Shown piece by piece: positions 70,049 to 82,253 of a stretch of 248,000 nt of DNA. Both the position numbers and the translations under genes were made by a program. The notes under the pieces were generated by a model that was not told where the DNA came from, made no database searches, and saw only the letters and a list, made by a program, of their open reading frames with translations. The DNA is from Wallemia ichthyophaga EXF-994 (Eukaryota; Fungi; Basidiomycota), in contig NW_008806282.1 in assembly GCF_000400465.1 (NCBI RefSeq), forward strand, positions 20,001 through 268,000, written 5' to 3'. Within the stretch, counting starts at the first letter, position 1. Every line of letters begins with the position of its first letter.

Positions 70049-71191
70049 ATGGGCGGCGGTGATCTAAATATGAAAAAGAGCTGGCATCCTATGCTGATGA
70101 AGAACCAGAGAGTGGTTTGGGATAAAGAGCAGGATGTTCTCCACGAGAAGAAGAAACTTGAGCAGTTGAGAAGGGAGAAGGAGGAGGAGAGGCAACTGCA
70201 GCAACTGCAGCAATTACAACACGCTTCTACGGGCTCAGCACCTTCCGACAGAATGGAATGGATGTACGCTGCTCCTGCCACCGCTAACTCTTTAAACTCA
70301 TCCGAAATGGAAGATTATCTCCTTGGCAAGAAGAGGGTTGATCATATTCTAAAGGGTGACGATGAGAAAGGGCTAGCGGGTCAGCAGCAACAGCAACCTC
70401 AACAGCATCCCAACAATCCCCGTGACACCTCCTCTAAGATCAAACTAGACCCAATGCTCGCAATTAAACAACAAGAACAAGCTGCTTACGACGCTCTCCT
70501 TAAAAACCCATTTAAACTTGGTCAGCTGAGGGAATCCGCAGGTCATTCATCCTCTTCCTCTAGAGCTGAAAAAGATGAACGCAAACAAGCTAGACATGAA
70601 AAGAGGTTGTTCAAGGAGAGTTTAAGAGAGGGTAAAACACGTAATGATAGATTGGGTGATAGGTATGGTGATATAAGGGGTGATAGACGGAGTGGTAGAT
70701 ACAGCGATAGATACAACGATAAATATAGCGATAAATATAGCGACAGATACAGTGACAGATACAGCGACAGATACAGCGACAAATACAGTGACAGATACAG
70801 CGACAAATACAGTGATAGATACAACGATAGATACAACGACAGATACAACGATAGATATCGTGATAGTCATCGCTACTCCCCACCACCACGCAAGCATCAC
70901 TCCCCATCACAGCATCCCCCAAATCCCTCCTCACAGTCTCGCGCTGATAAGTTGGCCGCTATGTCAGCTTCTGCCCAATCACTCCAATCCGAACGCGACA
71001 TTCGCCTCGCAGACATGCAACGCAAGGATGATGCCGAGAAGAAGCGTGACGATATTGCTAGATCCAGAGATGTGAAATATGGCAACCACAATCAATTCAT
71101 TGCAAACGAGCAACGTAAAGTTTATTCTGGAGATGGCGGTCTAGCTGAGCAAATGAGACGGAGGGGTGGTAACGGTGGTGGTGTAGTGTAA
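70049..71191 (+). CDS. CWC25: Splicing factor Cwc25
   Basis: MGGGDLNMKKSWHP, RMEWMY, KIKLDPMLAIK. Confidence 0.9.
   Translation: MGGGDLNMKKSWHPMLMKNQRVVWDKEQDVLHEKKKLEQLRREKEEERQLQQLQQLQHASTGSAPSDRMEWMYAAPATANSLNSSEMEDYLLGKKRVDHILKGDDEKGLAGQQQQQPQQHPNNPRDTSSKIKLDPMLAIKQQEQAAYDALLKNPFKLGQLRESAGHSSSSSRAEKDERKQARHEKRLFKESLREGKTRNDRLGDRYGDIRGDRRSGRYSDRYNDKYSDKYSDRYSDRYSDRYSDKYSDRYSDKYSDRYNDRYNDRYNDRYRDSHRYSPPPRKHHSPSQHPPNPSSQSRADKLAAMSASAQSLQSERDIRLADMQRKDDAEKKRDDIARSRDVKYGNHNQFIANEQRKVYSGDGGLAEQMRRRGGNGGGVV
70693..70860. repeat. 12-bp tandem repeat encoding (R/K)Y(S/N)D, about 14 units
   Basis: AGATACAGCGAC-type units inside CWC25. Confidence 0.9.
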
Positions 71192-71266
71192 TATAACAAT
71201 TAACATAAATATATTCATGTACTTGTAAATGTACATCTAATTCTATCTCCATTTAAACAACCCACT

Positions 71267-72811
71267 CTAAACACTAATCGTTTTGCAAATATTAAACCCA
71301 TCCGAGGCCGTAGACACAAAACAGCCGGGCACCTGCGCATGCCAGTGAACCTCTTTGATATCCTTCTGGCCTTGATGACAGAACATGAGTTGAGGAGGAA
71401 CGAGCTGCTCGACCTCGCTAGCCAACTCCTCCTGATCGAGCTCAACAGCGAGATCCCACAGGGTGACCTGATCGTCTGCACCTGAAGCAGCGAGGACCGA
71501 AGGCTCCTTATGATGCCACTCGATGCCCGTAATAGGACCTTTATGCCAATCGAACTGAGCAGCAGGCTGAGGGGCAGTGCTAGTACCTGGTTTGAAATTG
71601 CGCAAATCCCACACCTTTACCATTCCTTCATCACCCCCAGATGCCAGCAGATACTCCGTGTTTTTGTTCCAATTAATTACGTTCACATCCTCGCTATGTG
71701 CGTCGAGGACGCTGACGACAGCTGTGCGCGTGCGCACACGCGTATCCCATACGCGCACACTCCTGTCAGCAGAGCACGATGCGAATACGGTGCGTTCACT
71801 AGGCGACCACTGCAGGTCCTCAACGGAAGAGGTGTGCGAGGTGAATGGGGCGGGTGACGGGATATATCCGCTATCAGTGAAAGTAGAGTTGTGAATAACG
71901 CCCGCGCAGTCACCCGTCAGGAGCTGTCTCTCGCTCGCACCCTCGCGCGACCAGTCAAGCGCAAAACCCTCTTCGCTATGCGAGTTTATAGTGTAAAGAG
72001 GTTTATTATCGCGCGTCTTATCTACCATATACCCTGGATTAGCTAGTGCGAGTTGATGAGGACGGATGTTGAAGATGTGCACTTTGCCTGTATCTGCCCA
72101 GGTAGCAGCGAGATAAGGACGGTTGGGCATGCTAGTTGGATCAGTTGGTACGAAATTGTCTTCCACGCCCGCCACTCGGAATCGATTGATTCCACCGCGG
72201 TGCGCAATTGACTTGTACTCAAGTGTAGGCGTCTCATCTGCCGTCTCATCATCTTCTTCTTCGTCGCTGTCATCGTTCTGCTGCGTCTTCCATAAATTCC
72301 CCCAGCGCATTACGAGCACCTCATTCGCATCACCAGCCGCTTGCGTTCCCGTTGCTGCGTACATCTCTTGCGGATACGTACGGCGCTCCTCACCGCCCCC
72401 ATCGCGCAACAAGTCGAACGACAGACAAGGCCATGGAACAGACATCGTGTGCAGCATCTCGTAAACTGAGTTATCAGGCTCGAGTATTTCGTCTGGTTTG
72501 AGTTTATATTGGTGCGGTATGTAAGGCTGCGCGGATGGTGCTTGGGTGTCTCCTTCTTGGCCATTGTCGCCATTATCCACGCCGCCTATCTGCTCCATAT
72601 CGTCCATCTGCTCCACCCCATCCTCATCCTCATTCTCCCCGTCGTGTACCTCCCCGTCGCTCTCAAACTCATCCTCGTAGTTGTCCTCAAATTCTCCCAT
72701 CCCGTCTTCTCCTCCCCGGGAACCGTCGTGGCGCTCTTGTCCAGCGCGGCTCTTGGCTTGTGGCTGCTCTGCGCTGGCTGCTAATGGCGACGAGCGTCTC
72801 TTTGCTGGCAT
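71267..72811 (-). CDS. RRB1: Ribosome assembly WD40 protein Rrb1/GRWD1
   Basis: YEMLHTMSVPWPCLSFD, SVEDLQWSP, VPPQLMFCHQG. Confidence 0.9.
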   Translation of the reverse strand: MPAKRRSSPLAASAEQPQAKSRAGQERHDGSRGGEDGMGEFEDNYEDEFESDGEVHDGENEDEDGVEQMDDMEQIGGVDNGDNGQEGDTQAPSAQPYIPHQYKLKPDEILEPDNSVYEMLHTMSVPWPCLSFDLLRDGGGEERRTYPQEMYAATGTQAAGDANEVLVMRWGNLWKTQQNDDSDEEEDDETADETPTLEYKSIAHRGGINRFRVAGVEDNFVPTDPTSMPNRPYLAATWADTGKVHIFNIRPHQLALANPGYMVDKTRDNKPLYTINSHSEEGFALDWSREGASERQLLTGDCAGVIHNSTFTDSGYIPSPAPFTSHTSSVEDLQWSPSERTVFASCSADRSVRVWDTRVRTRTAVVSVLDAHSEDVNVINWNKNTEYLLASGGDEGMVKVWDLRNFKPGTSTAPQPAAQFDWHKGPITGIEWHHKEPSVLAASGADDQVTLWDLAVELDQEELASEVEQLVPPQLMFCHQGQKDIKEVHWHAQVPGCFVSTASDGFNICKTISV

Positions 72812-72957
72812 CTTGGTTGGTGGTCGTAGTCCGGAACAAGGCGTTGCAAAGGAAATGAAATTTGTGTTGCGAGTGCAAGTTGACATTAATAAAGATAACA
72901 ATTAAATAGTACATACGCCAACCACATAAACGCATCAAATACACACTCTTAACACGC

Positions 72958-75900
72958 TCATTTACCCCACATTTGCCCTCTCTGGATCCTTCATCCTGTG
73001 CACCTTGACCTCCTTGCCCAGCGAGATACTCGACATGTCCTGTGGCGTGATGAGCACGTACTGTATCCCTGTCGACGATTTCGCAGTTTCGATCTGTTGA
73101 GCGAGCGCGTCAGCAATCACCTCACAACAAATCCCCACACACCATCATTTTCATACTGATTTTGCGGTTAACAGCATCCATAAACACCTATTATCCGCGT
73201 TAGTCATGTCCTGTACCCACGCACTCCACCCACATCGAACTCATCCAGACATCTGATAGGACATCCAATCGCCTCCCATAGCGATAGGAGGAGGCAGATT
73301 GTAGAGAAGCTCTTCTCTCCGCCCGACAGCGACTTGGGATCCTTATCGCGTCTCCCCTGCGTAGCGAGCTGGTCGTCCGTCTGCACCATCAAATCGAGAC
73401 GTCTTTCACTGTGGTTGAAGTTGATTGTCCCGTAATACCCACGCACCGAGAGATGAAACATGAATTGGTACTTGGCTCGCATAGCGATGTGTTTACGAAA
73501 CTGCAGCCATTTCTGGGTACGCAAGTCGAGTGCCTTTTTAAGTTGGCGGATAAACGCATTCATCTCGTTTATATCTTTGTGCGCGCTATCTACGGCATCC
73601 AAAGCTCTGTGGTACTCTGCCGTCACTGCCTCTATGCCTTGTCCACTCCTCTGCTGCCGCGCGTGCAAGGCTGTTTCTATGCCCTGTATGTCGCGCTGTA
73701 TGTCCGTGACTGTGCGTGTCGTGTTCACTCGCCCTGGACATATCTCGTCTGCTTGCTCGAATGCTAATTTCAAGTCCCTCTCCAGTCTCCCCAATTTACT
73801 CTCGAATACACCTACTTTTTCTGACTCCTGCTGTTTCTGCTTGCGCCGGTGGTTCAGTGCTGCCACTGCCTGGTTATTTGCGTTGTGCGCATGTTTCAAA
73901 TTTTCCTCTATGTTCTGCCGCGTCTTGTCGTAGTCTGCCAGCTGTCTCTTCACCTCACTCAAACGCTCCATGTGCGGTTGAATGGAACTATTCAGTTCGT
74001 GCTGTTTGCTCGCTATCGCTGCATACTGCTGCTGCACTTTGCCCACCTCCTCCTTTTGCTCTGTAATGGCGTCGTCGAGTGCGGATATGTTCACCGGCTG
74101 CACACTCTGCAGACTCTCTCTCAGCTGGTTGATCTTCTCTTCACAATTTCTCTTCTCGTTGTATGCGCGGTTCTGTTCGCCCTTGTGTCGCATTGCTTCC
74201 TGCCTCACCTCTTCCACCCTCGCTGATGTGCTCATCTCCTGTCTCTGAATTCCTTGGTAATTTGTTCTAGCTTCTTTCAGTCGCTCCTCGGCTATCCTGC
74301 GCGCTTCCGTGTAATCAGTCGTCAGTCGAGGCGCTCCCTTGTAAGGAGGGAGTGTAATAGTTGAGCTCCCCACACCACCGCCAACTTGGAATAGTCCATT
74401 TAGTACATAGCAGCTTGTCACATTGTTCGGTTGGTTTCTCATTATTTTGTCAGCATCTTGGCGATCTCTAACCAGTATTGACGACTCTGAACGCGATTGG
74501 TTGACCAGTATACACCTCACTTCGGATGATTCACACTTTAATACCCTATCGATGGTGACAAACTCGCTGGATGGCTCACCGTTCGAGAAATCAAATGTCC
74601 TTTCACCCATCTGAATTACACCCGATGACGCGCCGTGTCTTTTCAAAATACCAAGCAACTTCTTACGGTCTTGGAAGTTGCTACAGGCGAATGCATTGAG
74701 CGTTCCACCCAACACACTCTCCAAAACTTTGCTCCATTTGTTATCGACCAATTTGACATATCTACCGAGTGGGCCGATTGGCTTTTCATTCCACTGCTGT
74801 CTTTCAATCTCTCTGATAATCTCAGGCATCTTATTTCCAAATGCTGCCTGTCTGTCGTTTTGAGATGCTCGAATTTGGTTAATGTCCTGCTGCGATTGCT
74901 GGATGTTGCTCTCCCAACCACTCTTCTGTCTCTTGAGATCTGCAAACTCATTCGATAGCGCTTCAGATTGGTTTCTCATTTCATCCACGTTCGATAAGGC
75001 CTCGAGTTCACTCTGGTTGTGCAACTCTATTTGCTCCTGCAGCTCATCCATCTTGCGACGCGTTTCATCGTTCTGTGCATTGTGGTCGATTTGCAGACGT
75101 GCATACTCTTCATTCTTCTGGTTCTCGAAGTCTCTAATTGTCGTTTGGATTTCATTGAGATAGTGGTTTAAATCGGCTTCCTCCTTTCTGTTGTTTTGGA
75201 GCTTAGTTTTGTGCACTTTAAAGTGGTCGTTGAGCGCCTCCTTCTCCTTTCTGAGTGCATTTAGTTGTGAGTCCTCGTCCATTGTGATCGATTCATATTT
75301 CTGCACCTCGGCCTGTGTCTCCTGATAGTCCATCTCGGCCGTTTGGAGAGCCTCTTCAATGGCGACCATTCTCTGCCTCGCCACCTCGTAGTCCTTCTCT
75401 TCGGCGTCGATATCTCTCTGCATCGCGGCGGGCACTGACCACGCTAGCTCGTTCTTCAGTTCAAGCAGTTTGTGCTGCTGATCTCTCGCCTTGGTCGCCT
75501 CTTTGTATCGCGAGTGTGCTCTATTTGCAGCCTCTTCTAGCGCTGGCAGCCTCTCCTTCTTATGCACGGTTGCGTCTCTCGCACTTGAGATGTTTTCGGA
75601 TATAAGCTGGTATTCGTCCGAGAGCTGCGTGAGCTGTGTGCCCTTAAGGAAGAAGTCATACTTCTCCTTGGCATGGCTGGCACTCAGGAATTGTCTCGCT
75701 TGGTCCTGGCTGAGGACGTTCATTGGGTTGTCGACCTGTATCATAAAGTGGTCGCAGATTGCTGTCAACTCCTGGCGCGTTGTGCTCACTGTTTTCCCGC
75801 TCGCACTTTTCAGCTTGAGGGCGTTGCCGATATCCCTCACCGTGCGCTCCACAACGATCGTCTTGCCGTAAACATCCTGCTTGTATGCTTCAGTGCCTTC

Positions 75901-76438
75901 GTTCTTTAGTTTGAGAATGATTTGTGCCTGGCTGTGGAAATTGTTGAGTGATCAGCCTCCGCGAAGAAGACACACCAACCTCTGACCAGATTTAATAAAC
76001 GACTTCAAGCTGCTGCCTCTGTTCGTAGCTGTAGCTCTCCCACCCAGCGCCAGAGTTATCGCTGTGAGAATTGCTGATTTCCCAGAACCGTTATGACCGA
76101 TGATGAAGTTGAGCTGAGGGCCCAAGTCAACTGGTGCTGTCAGCTGGATGCTCTGGATAGCCACCTGCACGAAACTCACAGGATAAATACTTGTGGCACA
76201 TGAAATTGTACACCTCCACGTACTGGATAATTCCAGCAGCTGCGACTCTTCCCTTGCTTTTCTTCTGCGTCTGGTCCTGCCTCTGTTCCTGCGCCACTAT
76301 CTGCATCTGCGCCGCATCAATCTCCTCATCTTCTTCGAGCTGGTCGTCGTCTTCTGAATTACCACCCTTGTGCTGCTTGTGTGGCGGCTGGAGATTATTT
76401 TAGCGCGTAAAACACCAGTAAATCCCCACCCACGCCAT
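72958..76438 (-). CDS. SMC6: Smc5/6 complex subunit Smc6
   Basis: NFIIGHNGSGKSAILTA, LSQDQARQFL, LSGGEKSFSTICLLL, CLDEFDVFMD. Confidence 0.9.
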
Positions 76439-77075
76439 CTGTATCCTCCTCCAACAACAATCCATTATCCCGTTTTCCGCGTTTCATTAGTGATGATAAC
76501 CGAGAAGACGCGTGTGTCATCATCGAGGGTGGTGTTATACTTTTATCGTACACATTCTCATCTCAAGTTTCCTTTTGGTAAACGCGTTCTTTTACATGCA
76601 TCATTTCGGTCCTCGAAAACACACAGCAGCTAGTTCCTGTTCGCTCTGGGCCGTCGATAGCACACTTGATTGATAAATTCTCCTTTACTGCTATGTATTT
76701 TGTAGCTTTGAGCCGACTTAGTACAAATACAGCCTTCCTTTCACCTAAATCAGACTTTCCTGAACAATGAAAATTTCTGTTGCTGCCATTTGCAACACGA
76801 GCAATGGGTTAAGAACAAAGTAAAGACTTTCATGACATATTCATAGCATATTTTAACCGGTTCAAACAATCTGAAAAGGGTACGCATTGATATTTGTCTC
76901 CTGAATATATATGAACGTTTGCATTTGCAATATCAACAGCAGTGATATGAGAATGAAGAACAATTCGTTGGAAATTGACCTTCAATTACAATCGCCTACT
77001 GCCTTTGGTTGATTAGGGGCTCCCGCGCAAGTCAAATAGATTGACAGCCGGAGCTTCAAATCCATTCACTCTAAA

Positions 77076-77137
77076 TCAATTACTCTCGATGTCATCGAAC
77101 TCTTCCATGTCGTCGACGTCAATACCCTTTTCCTCAG
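77076..77137 (-). other. Duplicated copy of the eEF3 C-terminal tail; candidate alternative last exon
   Basis: Near-identical to 77561-77605, preceded by TTTTCTTAG acceptor, encodes (P)[19 protein letters not shown]. Confidence 0.6.
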
Positions 77138-77557
77138 CTAAGAAAACCAAGCGTGTCAAACGTAACAGAATTGTCATCGACTTTAACTAGAATCGTCGCT
77201 TGATGCAAAGACTTCAAGAGTCAAGTTGTCTCATTTTATATTGCTACAAAATATTTGCTAACTATATTTTCTTGCTCAATCTTTTTGGAACAGTCTTTTC
77301 GCTCAAGCAAACGTCTTGAAAATCTTCTTTGTCAAACTTCTTTCTTGATAAATCTTCATTATCCTTGGACAATCACATACTCAAACTCATCGTGAGCATG
77401 TGTTTGCCTTGTGTGTTAATCAGTGTTAACAATATTCAGCATCAACAGCTAGTCATATCAACATCCTGCTTGTATTAAGCACTATGCCTGTCAGCTTCAA
77501 CGAGTAGACTAAACGAGTGAAATAAAAGATTCATAAAATAGAAGAATAGCTACACGA

Positions 77558-80500
77558 CTAGATGTCATCGAACTCTTCCATGTCGTCGACGTCAATACCC
77601 TTCTTCTTGAGCGCCATACGTTCCTTCTTCTTCTTTCTGAGCTCAGAGGCGTTCAATCTGGCCTGTTTCTTTTCGCTGACGATCTTGTTACCAAGGGCAT
77701 CAAACTTGTCTTCTTCATCGTCCTTCTTCTCAATCTTGGTCTTACCTTGACCTTCGACCTATAATGACGTCAGTGAGATATTTTCCAGAAAAGTGTGATA
77801 TTTCTACTTGCCCAATTATGACCTGATGCTTCCAAGTAACCGTCTCTCATTGCCCTGTGTAACGCTGTCAGTATTATTCACACTAGTAACAAGTGTCACC
77901 CACCAAACTTCGGAACAGATCGATTCGGAGAATTCTCTGTTGTGAGTGATGATCAAAACACCACCACCGAAGACCTTGAGGGCTTCAATGAGTGCTGCGA
78001 GTGACTCTCTGTCGAGATAGTTTGTTGGCTCATCCAAACAGATTACGTGTGGCTTTCTCCAGGTGGCAGCACCGAGAACAACCTTGACCTTTTGTCCACC
78101 AGAGAGACCTGCTTGGGTGTAAGAAATAGACTCTAAGATACTATATCACCATACCTCTCATGGTGTTGTGGGTGGTGAACTCTGACTCGAGACCAAAGTC
78201 CTCAAAGTGCTTCTCGATCTCCTTACGCACAAGTGGTCTCATCATACCGAGTCTCTGGGCCTCACGGGTGTCAACCTCCATGACCTTCTTCTCGAAACCT
78301 CTCTTGACGAGCTCGTCGCGAGAGAACCACATGTTGTCAGCAGAGGACATGCCCTTGAAGCCACACTCGTACTCGTAAGATTGCTTGAGCTTCTTACGGC
78401 CGACAATCTCCTCAATGTAGCGCTTCTGGCCTTCGATGATGACGACAGAGCCGTTCTTCATCTTCTCAGCCTCCTCCTCGGTGATTTGGCGCGTCTCCTT
78501 CATCATCTCCTCGAGATCCTCACCTGTCTGGTATCTCCAGAGCATGTACTCGAGTGGGGTCTTGTCGAGGTGGTTGTCGATGTGGTGGAAGGCGTGCTGG
78601 GCGACATATCCGATAACCAGGTTAGGGTGCTTCCATACCTCACCGCTAATGTTTGGCTCAATGTCACCGATGAGCAGCTTGACGAGCGTCGATTTACCCG
78701 CTCCGTTTGGTCCGAGGACGGCAACACGTGACGAGAGGGATACTTGCAGCGTTATGTCAAACAGCTGTTGCACCTTGGCGGTAGGGTACTGGAAGTTCAC
78801 CTTACGCATCTTGAGCAGCGACTTCTCCTTGGTCTTGACACCCTCCAACATTGGTGGCTCTGGGAGAATGAACTTGTACTCCTCGCTAGCGGCAATCTCG
78901 AAGAAGGACTTGGCCTCTGGGACGAGTTTAGCAAAGTTCTCGAGGTTACCTGGGTAACGCTTGATCTTGAACTTGCTCAAGTAGATGACGTCGGTGATGG
79001 TCTTGTTGAGGAACTCCGAGTCGTGGGACACAATGATGGAGGTACAGTGGGTGAGGGAGGTAAGGTAGTCAATGATCCATTGCACGTTCAACACATCCAA
79101 GTGGTTGGTTGGCTCATCGAGCAACAAGATGTCGGCCTTGAAGAGGATGGCTCTGGCCAAGGCAAGCTTCATCTTCCATCCACCAGAGAGAGAGCCGATG
79201 GACTCGTCTTGGCGCTCCTCACTGAAACCGACAGTGGCCAAACCTTGTCTGATCTCAGCTTCGTCAGCCTCAATACGCTTGTCAGCTTGGACGAATTGGA
79301 CAACAGTGGTGTCTTCCTCGCTACCGTCAATGTCGTGCTCGACGTAGAAGGTACGGACTTCGTCTGGTGATGGGAAACCTTCAACTTGACCATTTACAAT
79401 GGCTCTCATGAGAGTGGATTTACCGGTACCGTTACGACCAAGGAGACCGTATCTGTGACCTCTCTTAAGACGAAGGGTGGCGGTGTTGAGAAGAATCTTA
79501 GCACCGTAAGCCAATGAGAAGGTACAGTTACAGAGATCTTCACCCTCCTCTTCGTCAGGGAAGACGTGCTCAACCTCGGCATCGTCAGCGGAGGTCTTTT
79601 CGAGCAACTCCTTGACGACGGCCTTTGCTTGTGAGTTGACAGAGGCTGGGTCGACAGCGTTGAGTTGGAGAGAGATGAGCTGGACGAGAGCAGAAGTCCA
79701 CTCAGTTTCCTCACCGCAGCGAGCATTTGAAAGCTCTTGGCCGAGACGGGCAATGTATGCGACGAAGCAGTCGTCAGCCTTGGCGAGAGAGTCACCAGTG
79801 TTCTTGAGAGCGGCAACTAAGACATCAACAACGTGGTTGAGTTCGATGGTTTTGATTGGTGGGAGATCGGTACCATCCGAGTTTTCTGGTACGCTACCAA
79901 CTTGACGGAGCTTCTTGATAGCGCGGTTGACGACAGAACGTGCTTCTGGGTCAGCGACAGATTCCTCAATCTTGATAAGACCTGGAAGAAGCTTTGGAAG
80001 GAAAGGACGAACGATACGCTCGTTGTCGACGAGGGTGGACATGTTGTCGATAATGACAGCAGTCTTACGACGGAGAGCAGTTTGACGTTCAGCGAGACCA
80101 CGAGAGAGAAGAGGTTCCATGAGGGCAAGGGTTGGTGAGTCGACCTCAGAAACGAAAGTGGTAGCGGCCAAAACTTGGATAGTTGTTGGGACCTTTTCGA
80201 CTGGGTTGATGAGACATTCTTGGAGTGCAGGAATGAATTTTTCAATATCCTTGTTGTTGACCTGGAGTGGAATATTGGTTAGTACATCAAGATAGCCACT
80301 TCAAAACACCCTCACAAGAGAACAAAGCTTCTTCAAAGAAGAACGTGCAGCCTTCTTGACATCTGATTTGGTGTCCCACATAACTTCAGCAAGAACAGGC
80401 ATACAATCCGGCATGAGACGAGCCATTTGGTCAGGGACAGATACAACGAGCTTGTTGAGAACAGCCAAACCACCAGTCTTAATTTGCCATTTACCTGCGG

Positions 80501-80918
80501 TTCTGATTTGCTCGAGGAGTGGTGGCAAAATGAAGGCAGTGGCCCAGTTGTTCATGACTGCGACGAAATCTTCAACGGCCTTGACAGCAGCATCTCTAAC
80601 AGCATTGCTCTTATCAGCGAAAGCTTCCAAGAGAGCGCCAAAGACGTCGTGTTGGGTTGAAAGAAGGAGGTATGGCTCAACAGGAGTGAATTGGCCACCT
80701 GCGACGATAGCAGAGATCAATTCGGCTGCGCCCTGTCTAGCGGTTTCGTTCTTCTTTTCAGATAAACCGCCGAGGATAGATTCAGGGAGAGAGAGAGTGG
80801 CGACTGCAGCAGGGCCACCGTCCTTGATAACTTTTACAACAGCTTCTTGAGCTGCGTTACGCGCGGCTTTATCAGCGTTGAATATGGCTGAAGTGTCTAA
80901 CTGTCCCGGCGTAGGCAT
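77558..80918 (-). CDS. YEF3: Fungal translation elongation factor 3
   Basis: HEAT region, two ABC cassettes ([28 protein letters not shown]), chromodomain insert. Confidence 0.95.
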
Positions 80919-81018
80919 TTCCTCGTGGTTCTTGGTTAAGAGAAGGTTGGAATCCAACTTGACGAGCTTGTGAGATAATTTTTTAAAATATTCCGGGAAG
81001 AGCGTGAAAACGGTGTAG

Positions 81019-81576
81019 ATGAGAGTGTACACGTATTTATTAAATAAAATACCAAAATTAAAGGACTGGTCGAGGTCAGATGCGTCTCCGGTGGCTGCTT
81101 TGGTCGGTGGAGATAAGCCCAGGCAGAAGGAAGCGAGAAGACAGGATGCTAGTGGACCAGAGAACAAGGAAATGTGGATGAGGCATGCTTCAAGGATTAA
81201 GAATAAATATCCAGATGGCTGGCAGCCAAAGAATAAGCTCAGTAGGGGAGCTATGAATGGTATAAAGGAGCTACACGATTATGATCGTGTGGAGTTTAGC
81301 GTGGAAAACTTGAGTAGGCGTTTTAAGAGATCTCCGGAGAGTATACGTAGGGTTCTCAAGAGTAATTGGGTGCCTAATCAACTCAGGGCCAGTGAGCAGA
81401 ATGAGCGAGCGGAAAGGGGAGTCACGAATGAATTAAATTCATCTCAATCATCTCGGCCGCCTCACGGTACACACGCATCTCACACTCACCCAAATCGCAA
81501 ATCATTCTCAGATAACGTAAACGCCATCAAACAATATCTATCAAAGCATCCATCAAAACACTCAAACTCAAGTTGA
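81019..81576 (+). CDS. RRG9: Neugrin/Rrg9 mitochondrial protein
   Basis: GWQPKNKLSRGAMNGIKELH..FKRSPESIRRVLKSNW. Confidence 0.75.
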   Translation: MRVYTYLLNKIPKLKDWSRSDASPVAALVGGDKPRQKEARRQDASGPENKEMWMRHASRIKNKYPDGWQPKNKLSRGAMNGIKELHDYDRVEFSVENLSRRFKRSPESIRRVLKSNWVPNQLRASEQNERAERGVTNELNSSQSSRPPHGTHASHTHPNRKSFSDNVNAIKQYLSKHPSKHSNSS

Positions 81577-81583
81577 ATGACTA

Positions 81584-82225
81584 TCACCAGTTATAATAAG
81601 GTACAGGGTTTATAATCTTTGGAGACTCCCTCACCACACCAGGTGATCTAGTTTTGTTGAGAATTTTCATCCACTTTTGGTCCTTTTGTTGAGATATTGA
81701 GGGGTGAGGGGTGAGTAGTATCTTAAGCCTAGACTGTGGATGCTGCTTAATACCAGTTCTCATCCTACCTTTAATATCAATTCTCTTATCAGGCGTACCT
81801 CTATTAACGTATGCTTGATTAACGACAAGGTTGTGTCTGTCAAGACCCTTGGCAATGGCATGATCTCTAGCCAGCACGAGAGTACTCTTGATTCTCTTAC
81901 TAGCCCTCTTTTCACTGAATTGCATCTGGAGAATAGCGCTATCTATTGGCTTATGGGCGATCTGTCTACCCAAATCGTTTAGTTTTTTATGAGAAATTTT
82001 AAACCAAGCGGTAGAATAGGAGTGAGAGGTGTGTGTCTGTGTTGGAATTGGTAAGGGCTTTGCAGTTGGCTGTATAAGTGAAGATGAAGTATCCTTTGGT
82101 GCTGGCTTCTCGCTCAACTCAGGCTGAGCTTCGAGCTGCTTAGAGAACTTCTGCAGCTGCTGACTAAACCAAGGGAGTTTAAATGCTGATGATCTAGTCG
82201 ACGTTGAGAATTGGCGAAGACTCAT
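81584..82225 (-). CDS. MRPL22: Mitochondrial ribosomal protein uL22m
   Basis: FKISHKKLNDLGRQI..KPIDSAILQMQFSEKRAS. Confidence 0.88.
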   Translation of the reverse strand: MSLRQFSTSTRSSAFKLPWFSQQLQKFSKQLEAQPELSEKPAPKDTSSSLIQPTAKPLPIPTQTHTSHSYSTAWFKISHKKLNDLGRQIAHKPIDSAILQMQFSEKRASKRIKSTLVLARDHAIAKGLDRHNLVVNQAYVNRGTPDKRIDIKGRMRTGIKQHPQSRLKILLTPHPSISQQKDQKWMKILNKTRSPGVVRESPKIINPVPYYNW

Positions 82226-82253
82226 GGGATGGTGGTTACAGACAACAACCAAG

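Noticed and set aside
70543-71075. Repetitive ORFs (LYLS, CICR, ATDT) in other frames
   Set aside because: Alternative-frame readings of the CWC25 12-bp repeat; not separate genes and not a CRISPR array (no unique spacers)
78160-80660. Several long + strand ORFs opposite eEF3 (and similar shadow ORFs opposite MDH, SMC6, GLS2, H3)
   Set aside because: Antisense shadows expected from strong codon bias of highly expressed genes; no recognisable motifs
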